From Thalassolituus sp. (GTDB taxonomy: Bacteria > Pseudomonadota > Gammaproteobacteria > Pseudomonadales > Oceanobacteraceae), in assembly GCF_034111725.1 (NCBI RefSeq), contig NZ_JAWUWR010000079.1, positions 640 through 64,639 on the forward strand: a DNA stretch of 64,000 nt. Reading direction: 5' to 3'. How positions within the stretch are numbered: position 1 is the stretch's first letter; every line of letters begins with the position of its first letter. The position numbers and the translations under genes are program-made. The notes under the pieces are model-generated. The model had not been told where the DNA came from and searched no databases. It saw only the letters and a program-made list of their open reading frames with translations. Shown here piece by piece: positions 40,825-50,080 of this stretch.

Positions 40825-43800
40825 TTAGAGATCACTTAAGCCAACACGAGTAATTTGCACAATCATCTCCACCAGTTTCTTGGCTTGATCCATACCACCG
40901 CCAATGGATTTGCACTCCTTAAACAGTCGTGGCAGTAATTGCTTACGGATATCCGCTTCGATATTTTGTGGATTAATAGAGTTTTCCGTCACCGAAGTTT
41001 CTACCGCTTGGTCAATTTCAAACGCCAGCTTTATCCATTTATCCTGCACTTGCTGATCCGTGGTCATTTCGGGAGAGGCTAAAGCGTCTGGTAATACTTT
41101 TTTGAATACACCAAAGTAGGCCTGTGCATGACGATTTCCAGCAAACACATTCGGAATATCGTTTAAGCGTCTGTCTTGTACTTGCTCTTCAAACTCACGG
41201 AACAGCATGTACTGTTTTAACGGGTGATCGAACAGTTTTTCGGCTTCTTCAATGGCCTGACGCAGCAGTTTGGAAAAAGCCTCTTGAGCATAAGGATCGT
41301 CTTGCAAGCCTTGCTCGATCATTTTAGCGACACGGGTTTTAATGATGTCGGTTTCGTTGCGAGTTTTTTCCTCGCCCCAATCTTTCGGCTCTTGTTTCTG
41401 GCCCATTTTTCCCACTTCATAAACACCGCCAGGTTCTTTTACTTCGACACCAACCACATGTTTATCCAGCAGCTTTTTCACTTGCTCAGCATATTCGTCG
41501 TAATCAACTCGCTCGCCAGTATCTTGCTGAATCGTTTGGCGTAAGTTAGAAAGCTCTTTGACCGTCTGTTTATAGCGATGGCGATCATCATCGCTAAAAC
41601 TCTTATCTTCATAAAATGTAGCGGATTGCAGAGCAATCTTTAAACAGCTTGCAAAGGCTGTTAGCGCCTCATAAAAATCTTCTCGTTTCTTCAGGTTTAC
41701 ATCAACCAGTTCGCTAGAAATACCGGCCAGAGGCTCCCCGCCAATCTCTTCAATTCGGGGCACTAAAACCTGACGTAACTGCTCAATGTCGTTCTTATTT
41801 TTTACGCCATCAAAAATCGCCCATAGCTGTTTATAAAGCTGCGGTAAGCGTTTGTACTCTGTACTCATTTGGTTGTACAAACCCGCGATATCATTAATGT
41901 CGTAACCACCTTGAGTACGAGAAGCCAAATCTTGATACTTTTGAATTGTTGTATCCAGCTCAGATAAAATGCCGCGATAATCAATCAGGTAGCCAAACTT
42001 CTTCACTGGATGTAGGCGGTTTACTCGTGCGATGGCCTGAATTAAGTTGTGTTCTTTTAGAGGTTTATCGATATAAAGCACGGTGTTTTTTGGCTCGTCG
42101 AATCCCGTTAGCAGTTTATCGACTACAATAAGAATTTTTAACGCATCATCGTTCTCAAACCGCTCAATCAAATGTTTGGTGTAAGCTTTTTCATCCTCTT
42201 TACCGACATTGTCTTTCCACCATTGGGTGACTTCCGGCGTTGTCGCTTCATCAACTGCGGTATTGCCTTCTCGCGTATCGGGAGCACTCATCACCACGGC
42301 CGATTCAAACAGGCCTGCTTCATCTAGGAACTTCTTGTACTTAATGGCAGAGGCCTTGTTCTCGCAGGCCAACTGACCTTTTAGGCCTTCGTTAATGTTT
42401 TTAACAAAGTGATTGGCAATATCCAATGCGATCAAACGGATACGATCGTCGGCTTCATATACCTGACCTTTTTTAGCAAATTTTCGCTTTAAGTCGGCTT
42501 TTTGATTGGCCGTTAAACCTTCTGTAATACGCTCAAACCAGCTATCAATCGCGCGCTCATTAACATCTAAATCGGGGATTCGCTCCTCGTATAGCAAAGG
42601 CGTAACGGTTTGATCTTCTACGGCGCGCTGCATAGTGTAGGCATGCACAATAGGGCCGAATTTATTTGTGGTTTTATCATCTTTTAATAGTGGCGTACCG
42701 GTAAACGCGACAAACGCCGCATTGGGCAATGCCAGCTTCATGCGAATATGATTCTCGCCACCTTGGCTGCGGTGACCCTCGTCAATTAACACAATCATAT
42801 CGGCACTGTTGTTATGGCATTCAGGACGCTTGGTGGCCGAATTAAATTTTTGAATAAGAGAAAAAATAATTCGCTCGGTCCCTGAACCTATTTGCTCGGC
42901 CAGCCGAGTGCCTGAGGTCGCCATAGCAGCGGTTTTGTCTTTCGAGGTAGCCAGTTCGCCACCATTAGCAAAGGTTCTACTCAGCTGAGTTTCTAAATCA
43001 ACCCGATCCGTCACCACCAATATTCTGCATTGCTTCAAAGTATCATGCAGAATCAACGCCTTGCTCAAAAATACCATAGTGAACGACTTACCAGACCCCG
43101 TGGTGTGCCAGATAACACCGCCTTCACGCCCTCCGGCAGAATTACGCGTATTGATGCGTTCAATCAGCCGTTTAATGCCAAACACTTGCTGATAACGGGC
43201 GGCAATCTTGCCAGCTTTTTTATCAAACAAGATAAAGTAACGGGTCATTTCTAACAGGCGCGCGGGGCTTAATAAACTAATTAATAATTTATCCTGCCCA
43301 GTTACAGCCAATTCACCACCGGCAATCAGATTTTCATACCAAGTTAAGTCTGACGTGGAACGGTGAGAAAATAAGCCAGTTACCTGTTCTGGTAAGAGCT
43401 TTTTATTTTTTATCGCAACCATTTCTGCATCAGAAGTATCTTCTTCGCGCCAAGCGGCCCAAAATTTCTTACTGGTTTCGCACGTACCATAGCGGCCATC
43501 AATACCGTTAACCGATAATAATAATTGGCTATAAACAAATAGCTGTGGAATTTCATCATGGCGTTGGTTGCGTAAGCTTTGCGAAATACCCTCATCTATC
43601 GTTGGGCCTTTTTTGCTATTGCCATCGGGGCGCTTGGCTTCAATAACAACCAAAGGAATACCATTCACAAAACACACAATATCGGGGCGACGACGATCCG
43701 CCGATGATGAACCGGCCCCACCAGAGCGAGTAATACTGAACTCCTCAGTAAAGGTGAAACTATTATTTTTGGGGTTTTGCCAATCAATTAATGCAACGGT

Positions 43801-44157
43801 CGGGTTGGCTTTACGGCCATCGACAAACTCAGTGACCGAAATACCGTATAAAAGGTGGTTATAAAGGCGCTCATTGGCATTTAATAGCCCCTCATTCAAG
43901 GCCGGGCTACACACCTCGGCAATGAGATTATCAATGGCTTTATCAGACAGCGAATGCACATTACCGGCATAGGTGAAGGTACGCTTCTTGAGCTCATCGC
44001 GCAGAATTTCACGCAACACAACCTGATCGTATTGATTGCCGCGCTTACGCAGAGCCTCTTCAGGAGAAAGAAACGACCAACCGAGATTAGTCAATAACGC
44101 CAGCGCAGGAAGCTTGGCACTGTATTCTTCCTGAAATTTTGGGACGCAATGTTCCAT
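40825..44157 (-). CDS. hsdR: type I restriction endonuclease subunit R
   Basis: RPDIVCFVNGIPLVVIEAK nuclease motif, HTTGSGKS Walker A, DEGH, FTGTP, LTGFD, QAIARVNR. Confidence 0.95.
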   Translation of the reverse strand: MEHCVPKFQEEYSAKLPALALLTNLGWSFLSPEEALRKRGNQYDQVVLREILRDELKKRTFTYAGNVHSLSDKAIDNLIAEVCSPALNEGLLNANERLYNHLLYGISVTEFVDGRKANPTVALIDWQNPKNNSFTFTEEFSITRSGGAGSSSADRRRPDIVCFVNGIPLVVIEAKRPDGNSKKGPTIDEGISQSLRNQRHDEIPQLFVYSQLLLSVNGIDGRYGTCETSKKFWAAWREEDTSDAEMVAIKNKKLLPEQVTGLFSHRSTSDLTWYENLIAGGELAVTGQDKLLISLLSPARLLEMTRYFILFDKKAGKIAARYQQVFGIKRLIERINTRNSAGGREGGVIWHTTGSGKSFTMVFLSKALILHDTLKQCRILVVTDRVDLETQLSRTFANGGELATSKDKTAAMATSGTRLAEQIGSGTERIIFSLIQKFNSATKRPECHNNSADMIVLIDEGHRSQGGENHIRMKLALPNAAFVAFTGTPLLKDDKTTNKFGPIVHAYTMQRAVEDQTVTPLLYEERIPDLDVNERAIDSWFERITEGLTANQKADLKRKFAKKGQVYEADDRIRLIALDIANHFVKNINEGLKGQLACENKASAIKYKKFLDEAGLFESAVVMSAPDTREGNTAVDEATTPEVTQWWKDNVGKEDEKAYTKHLIERFENDDALKILIVVDKLLTGFDEPKNTVLYIDKPLKEHNLIQAIARVNRLHPVKKFGYLIDYRGILSELDTTIQKYQDLASRTQGGYDINDIAGLYNQMSTEYKRLPQLYKQLWAIFDGVKNKNDIEQLRQVLVPRIEEIGGEPLAGISSELVDVNLKKREDFYEALTAFASCLKIALQSATFYEDKSFSDDDRHRYKQTVKELSNLRQTIQQDTGERVDYDEYAEQVKKLLDKHVVGVEVKEPGGVYEVGKMGQKQEPKDWGEEKTRNETDIIKTRVAKMIEQGLQDDPYAQEAFSKLLRQAIEEAEKLFDHPLKQYMLFREFEEQVQDRRLNDIPNVFAGNRHAQAYFGVFKKVLPDALASPEMTTDQQVQDKWIKLAFEIDQAVETSVTENSINPQNIEADIRKQLLPRLFKECKSIGGGMDQAKKLVEMIVQITRVGLSDL

Positions 44158-44160
44158 TCG

Positions 44161-44874
44161 TTATCTTTCCTTCTTCGGCGGTATCCAATTTAACAGTTCG
44201 TCGATGTCTTGTTCTCCTGCTTGCTCTTTTAGCTGGCGACGCTGTTCAGCAAAGCGCTCATACTCGGCGGAAGCTTTTTCATCCGCGTCTTTTTTACTGA
44301 TTTTGCCTGATCCCGTCAGCACGTCTCTGTCATTAAATTGTAGAAACTGATCCAGCTTGATTTGCCAGTATTGTAAAAACACTTGTTGGCGTCGCTCAGC
44401 CTGATCTTCGGCAAAATCTAACCACATAGTCACAATGCGCTTAAGCTCTTTGATTTCAGGTTCCGTTATATAGTTTTTTGCTGTAGCAATATCGCCCTTG
44501 CTCAGATATTCAGTTAACGTCCGGGTCACCCATTGGCGAAACTGAGTGCCACGGGTGGAGCGCACCCGGTAGCCAACGGCGATGATCATGGGCAAACTGT
44601 AATGCAAACGTTTACGGCTAACCTTGCGACCACCTTCTGTTTGAACTTGTAAGTAATCCTTACAGGTTGAATTTTGATCAAGCTCTCTATCTTCGTAAAT
44701 CGCTCGAATATGCTGGGTAATAGCCTGAGGGGTAACCTGATACAAATCCGCCATCGCTGCCTGCGATAGCCAGAGAGTGTCTGATTCAAACCGGCATTCA
44801 ACGCGAGCGCAGCCATCATCGGATGTGAACATCACAAATTCACCCACCGGTGGTGAAGGTAGCTGATCTGTCAT
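44161..44874 (-). CDS. RhuM family protein, internally deleted (237 aa)
   Basis: LWLSQAAMADLY, IIAVGYRVRS.RGTQFRQW then directly AKNY..E...L.RIV; middle part of the family absent. Confidence 0.75.
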   Translation of the reverse strand: MTDQLPSPPVGEFVMFTSDDGCARVECRFESDTLWLSQAAMADLYQVTPQAITQHIRAIYEDRELDQNSTCKDYLQVQTEGGRKVSRKRLHYSLPMIIAVGYRVRSTRGTQFRQWVTRTLTEYLSKGDIATAKNYITEPEIKELKRIVTMWLDFAEDQAERRQQVFLQYWQIKLDQFLQFNDRDVLTGSGKISKKDADEKASAEYERFAEQRRQLKEQAGEQDIDELLNWIPPKKER

Positions 44875-44908
44875 AAGCGGTTTTCTCTCGTTCGTTCAAG
44901 CATTCTAT

Positions 44909-46279
44909 TTACCGCGATCCAGATGAAAGACTGAGCACAGAGAAAACTTCTTTGACAGGCTTCCACACATCAGCTGGCGTTCCATGAACAAAGTAACGAT
45001 CAAAATCAGCTTTCCAACATTCCCGAATATTTTCTTCATTCGGTATAAAAAGTTCTGCGTTTGAAGTCGATCTTTGAGCGAGCAGTACCCCTAAAGTTAC
45101 AGCATGCTCTGGGGAGTAATAGGGCTCTTCATAGTCAGGCAGTTTTGTTACTCCAAGCAATGGAGTGATAACTTTAGCGTCAGTACATCCTGATTGAATA
45201 TCATCGTACACATCGTGTTTGAAGCAGAACAAAAACACACTAAAGAGCCTCAACAACATATATCCCCAAGGGATGTCCGCCTCAAGCCCTTGAGATAGTG
45301 AATGGTAGATTTCAAGGTGCCGAGTGAAGGTCTCAACTTCTCTCAGCGAAAGCTGATTTACTCGAATCAACTGACAGACAAAGCCAAAGGTTGACCAATC
45401 GGTATTACTCAAATCAGTCTTAGATAGTACCCCGCTGGAAGCCAGAAGGTTGGCAAAGTGCTCTACTGACGCCAACAGTCGATCTTCACCGTAACCGGCA
45501 CGACCGCTGACTTCTGAAGGCAATTCGAATCGAAATTTTAAAAACTTATCGAGGTAACGTTGGGCGTCCACCATAGGGCCATAACTGTGGTTGATAGCGG
45601 CACGAAGTTGTTTGGTGTTGGTAACCAATACAAACTTCACATTCTCTACGTCAAAGGTATGTTTAATCACCTCGAGCATCTGAACAGCAAAGTCAGGGCG
45701 GCAGCGATCCAACTCATCAATAAAGATCACGATAGGTGAGTCTTTAGCCAACTCCGCCAGTGTGGATTGCAGCGCTTTCAGATTTTGTTTGGCTTTCTCA
45801 TGGTCTTTTAGAACCGCAGCGACAGAAGCGTCGATGGCCTTGTTTGCCGAGTCCTGAAGATGCTGTTCCAAACCATCGGCGATGTCATCGGCGTTTTCTT
45901 TCAGTACATGGCTCACACCGGCCTTGAAAGCCGTTTGCAGGCCATAACGAACAACCGGAATGGCTGTTTTCAAAAAGCCTTGCTTCTTGTCGCCTTCGGG
46001 AAGCAAACCGGCTACAGCGGCCAGAATGGTCATCAGCGGATCATCCGCGTGATCTGCCTGAAACGCATCGACATGCAGCAACTGGTAGTTTTGGTGCTCG
46101 GTTTCGAACTTGTGAATCAGCTTTTGGCAGAACTCGGTCTTTCCCGTGCCCCAATCGCCATCGACGACCATAGGCGAGATATCAACTGGGGCGGTCAGTA
46201 GCTTGATCAAGCTTTCCGCAATACCAACCCTGTTAAACTCATCTCTGGACTCAAACGTCAGTGCTTCTTGCTCAGTCAT
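44909..46279 (-). CDS. KAP family P-loop NTPase
   Basis: GDWGTGKT Walker A, IFIDELDRC Walker B, YLDKF motif. Confidence 0.88.
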   Translation of the reverse strand: MTEQEALTFESRDEFNRVGIAESLIKLLTAPVDISPMVVDGDWGTGKTEFCQKLIHKFETEHQNYQLLHVDAFQADHADDPLMTILAAVAGLLPEGDKKQGFLKTAIPVVRYGLQTAFKAGVSHVLKENADDIADGLEQHLQDSANKAIDASVAAVLKDHEKAKQNLKALQSTLAELAKDSPIVIFIDELDRCRPDFAVQMLEVIKHTFDVENVKFVLVTNTKQLRAAINHSYGPMVDAQRYLDKFLKFRFELPSEVSGRAGYGEDRLLASVEHFANLLASSGVLSKTDLSNTDWSTFGFVCQLIRVNQLSLREVETFTRHLEIYHSLSQGLEADIPWGYMLLRLFSVFLFCFKHDVYDDIQSGCTDAKVITPLLGVTKLPDYEEPYYSPEHAVTLGVLLAQRSTSNAELFIPNEENIRECWKADFDRYFVHGTPADVWKPVKEVFSVLSLSSGSR

Positions 46280-47520
46280 CAGGCCACTGCCTCCTTATCG
46301 ACTATTACCCGGCGCTTGCCTGTTAACAACTGCTGCATTAGGGCTTTTTTTTCTAGTTTTAAGATATGGAGTTTTTGTTGCAGGACGGTGATTTCCTGAT
46401 CGGCGGTGGAAAGCACTGCGGCGATTTTTTGTTGTTCTGAGAGTGCAGGAATAAGTACTTTGATTCTTTCTATGTCTTTATTGCTAATATTTGGTTGTGC
46501 TCCACCAACGGCATCAATAAGTACGTTGTATTGTATTTTTGGCTGTTTAAATAGTTGAAATAGATAATTTTTTGAAGCCCTTCCTTTAATCGGTTCGAAC
46601 TTACCAACGCGTTGATTTAAATAAGAGAAGGTGTTGAGGTTATACATACCAATTTTTCCAGTCGTGGCGCCAGACATGGCTATCAGTATGTCTCCATTGA
46701 TTATTTTGAAACGATTAAATCTTGAGTCTTCGGATACAAATATTGAAGAGTCCATATTGATGGAGTAGTCAGGTTTGATATTAGATATTCGGACGACGGG
46801 AATGCCGCATTCTTTAAATTCCTCGCTTTTAAAGGCATTACCTCCAATAACTTTTACTGATTTTCCAAGATTTATTTCTTTCCACTCCCCACTAAACCTA
46901 ACCCCATTTTCATCCAGCAAGCGCTTCTTGCCGGTGAGCAGTTGTTGCATCAGGGCTTTTTTCTGCTGCTGGCTGTTGACGAGCAGTTGTTCGGTGGTGG
47001 TGATGGCCTTATCCCAAGTGGAGAGGATTTGGGCGATTTTTTTTTGTTCGGGGAGTGGTGGAGTCAATAACCGGTATCGCTTTAACTCTCCAGAGTTTAA
47101 ATTTGGCTTTCCGCCGCCTGCACACAAACGATTTACTTCAGCTACCCCACGATCTGAATTTATGTGTGTTGAAAGGTAGAACGAATCCAAAAAATCAGGA
47201 TTGGGCCTTGCGATGAGGGTTGTGAATGTTAAAGCACCATCAAACTCTTCAGGTACTACACATGCTTCTCCAATGTTTGATCCAGTTCTTACTGCAACGA
47301 CGTCTCCATGCCTTACTCTCTTTGACTTGTTTGAATCGGCAAAAACCTCGTCAATATAGACAACGGAGTTACTATTGAAATAATTTCGTTTAATATTTTG
47401 GTTTCTGATCAGTTTTGCACCACTAGCCCTCATAAATGGTGTAACTGAAATCGCTAAGCCAACTGCAATTTTTTTGCATAGAAACTGAAGTTCTTTTAAC
47501 TCCCAACCCTCAGGCAACAT
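46279..47520 (-). CDS. hsdS: type I restriction-modification specificity subunit (two TRDs)
   Basis: repeated conserved helices EQxKIA...KKALMQQLLTGK flanking two AT-rich variable TRDs. Confidence 0.94.
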   Translation of the reverse strand: MLPEGWELKELQFLCKKIAVGLAISVTPFMRASGAKLIRNQNIKRNYFNSNSVVYIDEVFADSNKSKRVRHGDVVAVRTGSNIGEACVVPEEFDGALTFTTLIARPNPDFLDSFYLSTHINSDRGVAEVNRLCAGGGKPNLNSGELKRYRLLTPPLPEQKKIAQILSTWDKAITTTEQLLVNSQQQKKALMQQLLTGKKRLLDENGVRFSGEWKEINLGKSVKVIGGNAFKSEEFKECGIPVVRISNIKPDYSINMDSSIFVSEDSRFNRFKIINGDILIAMSGATTGKIGMYNLNTFSYLNQRVGKFEPIKGRASKNYLFQLFKQPKIQYNVLIDAVGGAQPNISNKDIERIKVLIPALSEQQKIAAVLSTADQEITVLQQKLHILKLEKKALMQQLLTGKRRVIVDKEAVA

Positions 47521-48298
47521 ATCCCAGTTCCTCCAAATACTCAGTCACTTCTGCCTCTACTCCCAATGCCCACCAGTAGGGCGCAAAGCTTTTTTCCACG
47601 CATTGTGCGACCAAGGCAATAAAGTCGGTGTAATCGTCGCTGCAATGGGCTTTATCCAGTGCTTGGTAGTAATCTAAACGCTGTTCAACTTCTATTACGG
47701 TGGCGGGGAAGCCTGCCTTCATGAGTTCAAGGTTCATTAGCAACCTTGAAGTGCGTCCGTTGCCATCAACAAACGGGTGTATTTTGACAAATTCACCGTG
47801 TATTCGTGCTGCGCGTTCAACCGGATGCAGGGTGTGGGCCTCGGTGTTGTACCAATCAATAAAGGCCTGCATTTGTTCAGGCACTTGGATCGCTTGCGGT
47901 GGTTTATGGGTGGCGCCAGAAATCAGTACGTTAATGTCGCGGTAGCGGCCAGCATTGTCGGCATCGATATTTTTTAATACTAATTGATGCAGGGATTTAA
48001 TGGCCCTCTCGTCAAGCGGTTGCTGTTGGCTCACTAATTCGTCAACAAACAGGATGGCGTCGCGGTGATTAATGGCTTCAAAGTGTTCGCGCAGGGTTTT
48101 ACCGCCAATGGTAATGCCTTCCAGTGCCACTTTGGTTTCTTTTAGGGTCAGGGTATTACCTTCAATGGCATTGCTATGATACGTCCATTGCAGCACTAGG
48201 TTTTCGTGCAGGTTGTTAACCACCTGCAAATCGAGCGGGCGGTATTCATCCAGCTTGGCTTTGAGCGCATCCAGCTTGGTAAGAGGGATATTAAGCAT
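47510..48298 (-). CDS. Fic family AMP-transferase with N-terminal autoinhibitory helix
   Basis: HPFVDGNGRTSR Fic motif; SNAIEGN inhibitory motif; ATG 48298 after AAGGAG. Confidence 0.92.
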   Translation of the reverse strand: MLNIPLTKLDALKAKLDEYRPLDLQVVNNLHENLVLQWTYHSNAIEGNTLTLKETKVALEGITIGGKTLREHFEAINHRDAILFVDELVSQQQPLDERAIKSLHQLVLKNIDADNAGRYRDINVLISGATHKPPQAIQVPEQMQAFIDWYNTEAHTLHPVERAARIHGEFVKIHPFVDGNGRTSRLLMNLELMKAGFPATVIEVEQRLDYYQALDKAHCSDDYTDFIALVAQCVEKSFAPYWWALGVEAEVTEYLEELGYVA

Positions 48299-48449
48299 AG
48301 ACTTGCTCCTTATCGCTGATACTGAGTCGAGACCACTGATCACTGATTGAGCTCAGTTCGACCATATTCCCGACGTCGGGAATATGGTCCGAGGTGGCAT
48401 GTTGACTGACTCCGGAGGCGGTCAGTAATTGAATTCTTTGCTGCTCCAT
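48291..48449 (-). pseudogene. 52-aa collapsed DinD-like ORF (MEQQRIQLLTASGVSQHATSDHIPDVGNMVELSSISDQWSRLSISDKEQVYA)
   Basis: AAGGAG RBS overlapping the hsdM stop; DHIPDVGNMVEL resembles the DinD DHFxDVxKMVEL motif; stop overlaps the fic start. Confidence 0.6.
48360..48389. repeat. perfect 30-bp palindrome
   Basis: GACCATATTCCCGAC|GTCGGGAATATGGTC is its own reverse complement. Confidence 0.95.
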
Positions 48450-48461
48450 TACCTGCGCTCC

Positions 48462-50000
48462 TTATTGTGGGGTATCTAGGTAGCCGAGTTCGGCCAGATA
48501 GCCTGCCATTTCATCTTCTAAGCTGGCCAATTGAGCTTTTAATTTCTCGCGCTCGGCGCGCACGGCCATTAGGTCGATTTCTTTCTCTTCTTCAAAGGTA
48601 TCAACGTAGCGCGGGATATTGAGGTTGTAGTCGTTTTCTTTTATTTCATTCAGGCTGGCGACGTAGGCGTATTTATCGACGTCGGCACCGTTGCGATAGG
48701 TGGCAACAATTTTATTGATGTTGTCTTCGCTGAGTAGGTTTTGGTTTTTACCGGCTTTGAAATCACGCGATGCATCAATAAATATCACTGAATCGTCCGA
48801 TTTGTCTTTGCTAAAAATTAAAATGGCGGCGGGTATGCCGGTGCCGTAAAACAGTTTTTCGGGCAGGCCGATCACGGCATCGAGCAGGTTTTCGTCGATG
48901 AGTTGTTGGCGAATTTTACCTTCGCTGGAACCACGAAATAATACGCCGTGCGGCACTACTACGCCCATCCTGCCTGTTTTTGGTTTTAACGTTTCGATCA
49001 TGTGCAAAATAAAGGCGTAGTCGCCTTTGGTTTTAGGCGGTACACCGCGGCGAAAGCGGCTGAATTTATCGTTATCGGCGTCGTCATGACCCCATTTATC
49101 TAGGCTAAAGGGTGGGTTGGCGGTCACGATGTCGAACAGCATTAAGTCGCCGTTTTTATCCAGCAATTTAGGGTTACGAATGGTGTCGCCCCATTCGATT
49201 TTATGGTTGTCTTCGCCGTGCAAAAACATGTTCATTTTGGCCAGCGACCATGTAGAGCCAATGGCTTCTTGGCCGTAGAGGGCATAGTTTTTACTGTCGT
49301 GATTTTTGCGAACTTTGCTGCCGCATTTCATTAATAACGAGGCGGAGCCACAGGCCGGATCGCAAATGCTGTCGCCGGGGCGCGGGTCTAGTAATTCGGC
49401 GATTAAATCCGAGACTTCTGGCGGGGTATAAAACTCGCCGGCTTTTTGCCCGCCGCTAGCGGCAAAGTTTTTAATCAGGTATTCGTAGGCGTTGCCAATC
49501 ACATCCAACGTGCCTACGCGGCTAGGCTTGAGGTTAAGTTCGGGTTTAGCGAAGTCTTCTATCAGATGACGAAGAATGGTGTTTTTTTGTTTTTCTTCGC
49601 CGAGTTTGTCGGTGTTGAAGGAGATGTCTTGGAACACGCTTTTTCCGGCGTCTTTGAGTTTAGTGCCGTTGGCTTCTTCAATGGCGTGTAGGGCTTGGTC
49701 GATACGTTCGCCGTTGCCGGGCTCGTGACGGTGCTCGTGCAGGGCATAAAAGCTGGCTTGGGGTGGCAGTACAAAGCGTTCGTTTTTAAGCATTTCGGTG
49801 ATGAGTTCTGGCTCGTCGCCGTATTCTGCCTTGTAGCCATCGTAGTGATCCTGCCAAACATCGGAGATGTATTTAAGGAATAGCATGGTCAGGATGAAGT
49901 CTTTGTAGGTGTCGGCGCTGATGGTGCCCCGGAAGGTGTCGCAGGCATTCCATAGGGCTTTGTTGATGGCGTCTTGGTTGATTTTGCTGTTAGCGCTCAT
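48462..50000 (-). CDS. hsdM: type I restriction-modification methyltransferase subunit M (m6A)
   Basis: GEFYTP, DPACGS motif I, NPPF motif IV, YNLNIPRYV. Confidence 0.96.
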   Translation of the reverse strand: MSANSKINQDAINKALWNACDTFRGTISADTYKDFILTMLFLKYISDVWQDHYDGYKAEYGDEPELITEMLKNERFVLPPQASFYALHEHRHEPGNGERIDQALHAIEEANGTKLKDAGKSVFQDISFNTDKLGEEKQKNTILRHLIEDFAKPELNLKPSRVGTLDVIGNAYEYLIKNFAASGGQKAGEFYTPPEVSDLIAELLDPRPGDSICDPACGSASLLMKCGSKVRKNHDSKNYALYGQEAIGSTWSLAKMNMFLHGEDNHKIEWGDTIRNPKLLDKNGDLMLFDIVTANPPFSLDKWGHDDADNDKFSRFRRGVPPKTKGDYAFILHMIETLKPKTGRMGVVVPHGVLFRGSSEGKIRQQLIDENLLDAVIGLPEKLFYGTGIPAAILIFSKDKSDDSVIFIDASRDFKAGKNQNLLSEDNINKIVATYRNGADVDKYAYVASLNEIKENDYNLNIPRYVDTFEEEKEIDLMAVRAEREKLKAQLASLEDEMAGYLAELGYLDTPQ

Positions 50001-50080
50001 GGTGGTGTCGTTTATCCGTGTGTTCTTTTATTAGGGCCAAGTCGTTGGTTGGCCAAGTTTTGTTTACCTGTATCGGTGAC

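Noticed and set aside
48299-48343. 15-aa N-terminal extension of Fic in the ORF track
   Set aside because: ATG 48298 has an AAGGAG RBS; the upstream sequence is better explained by the mini-dinD ORF in another frame
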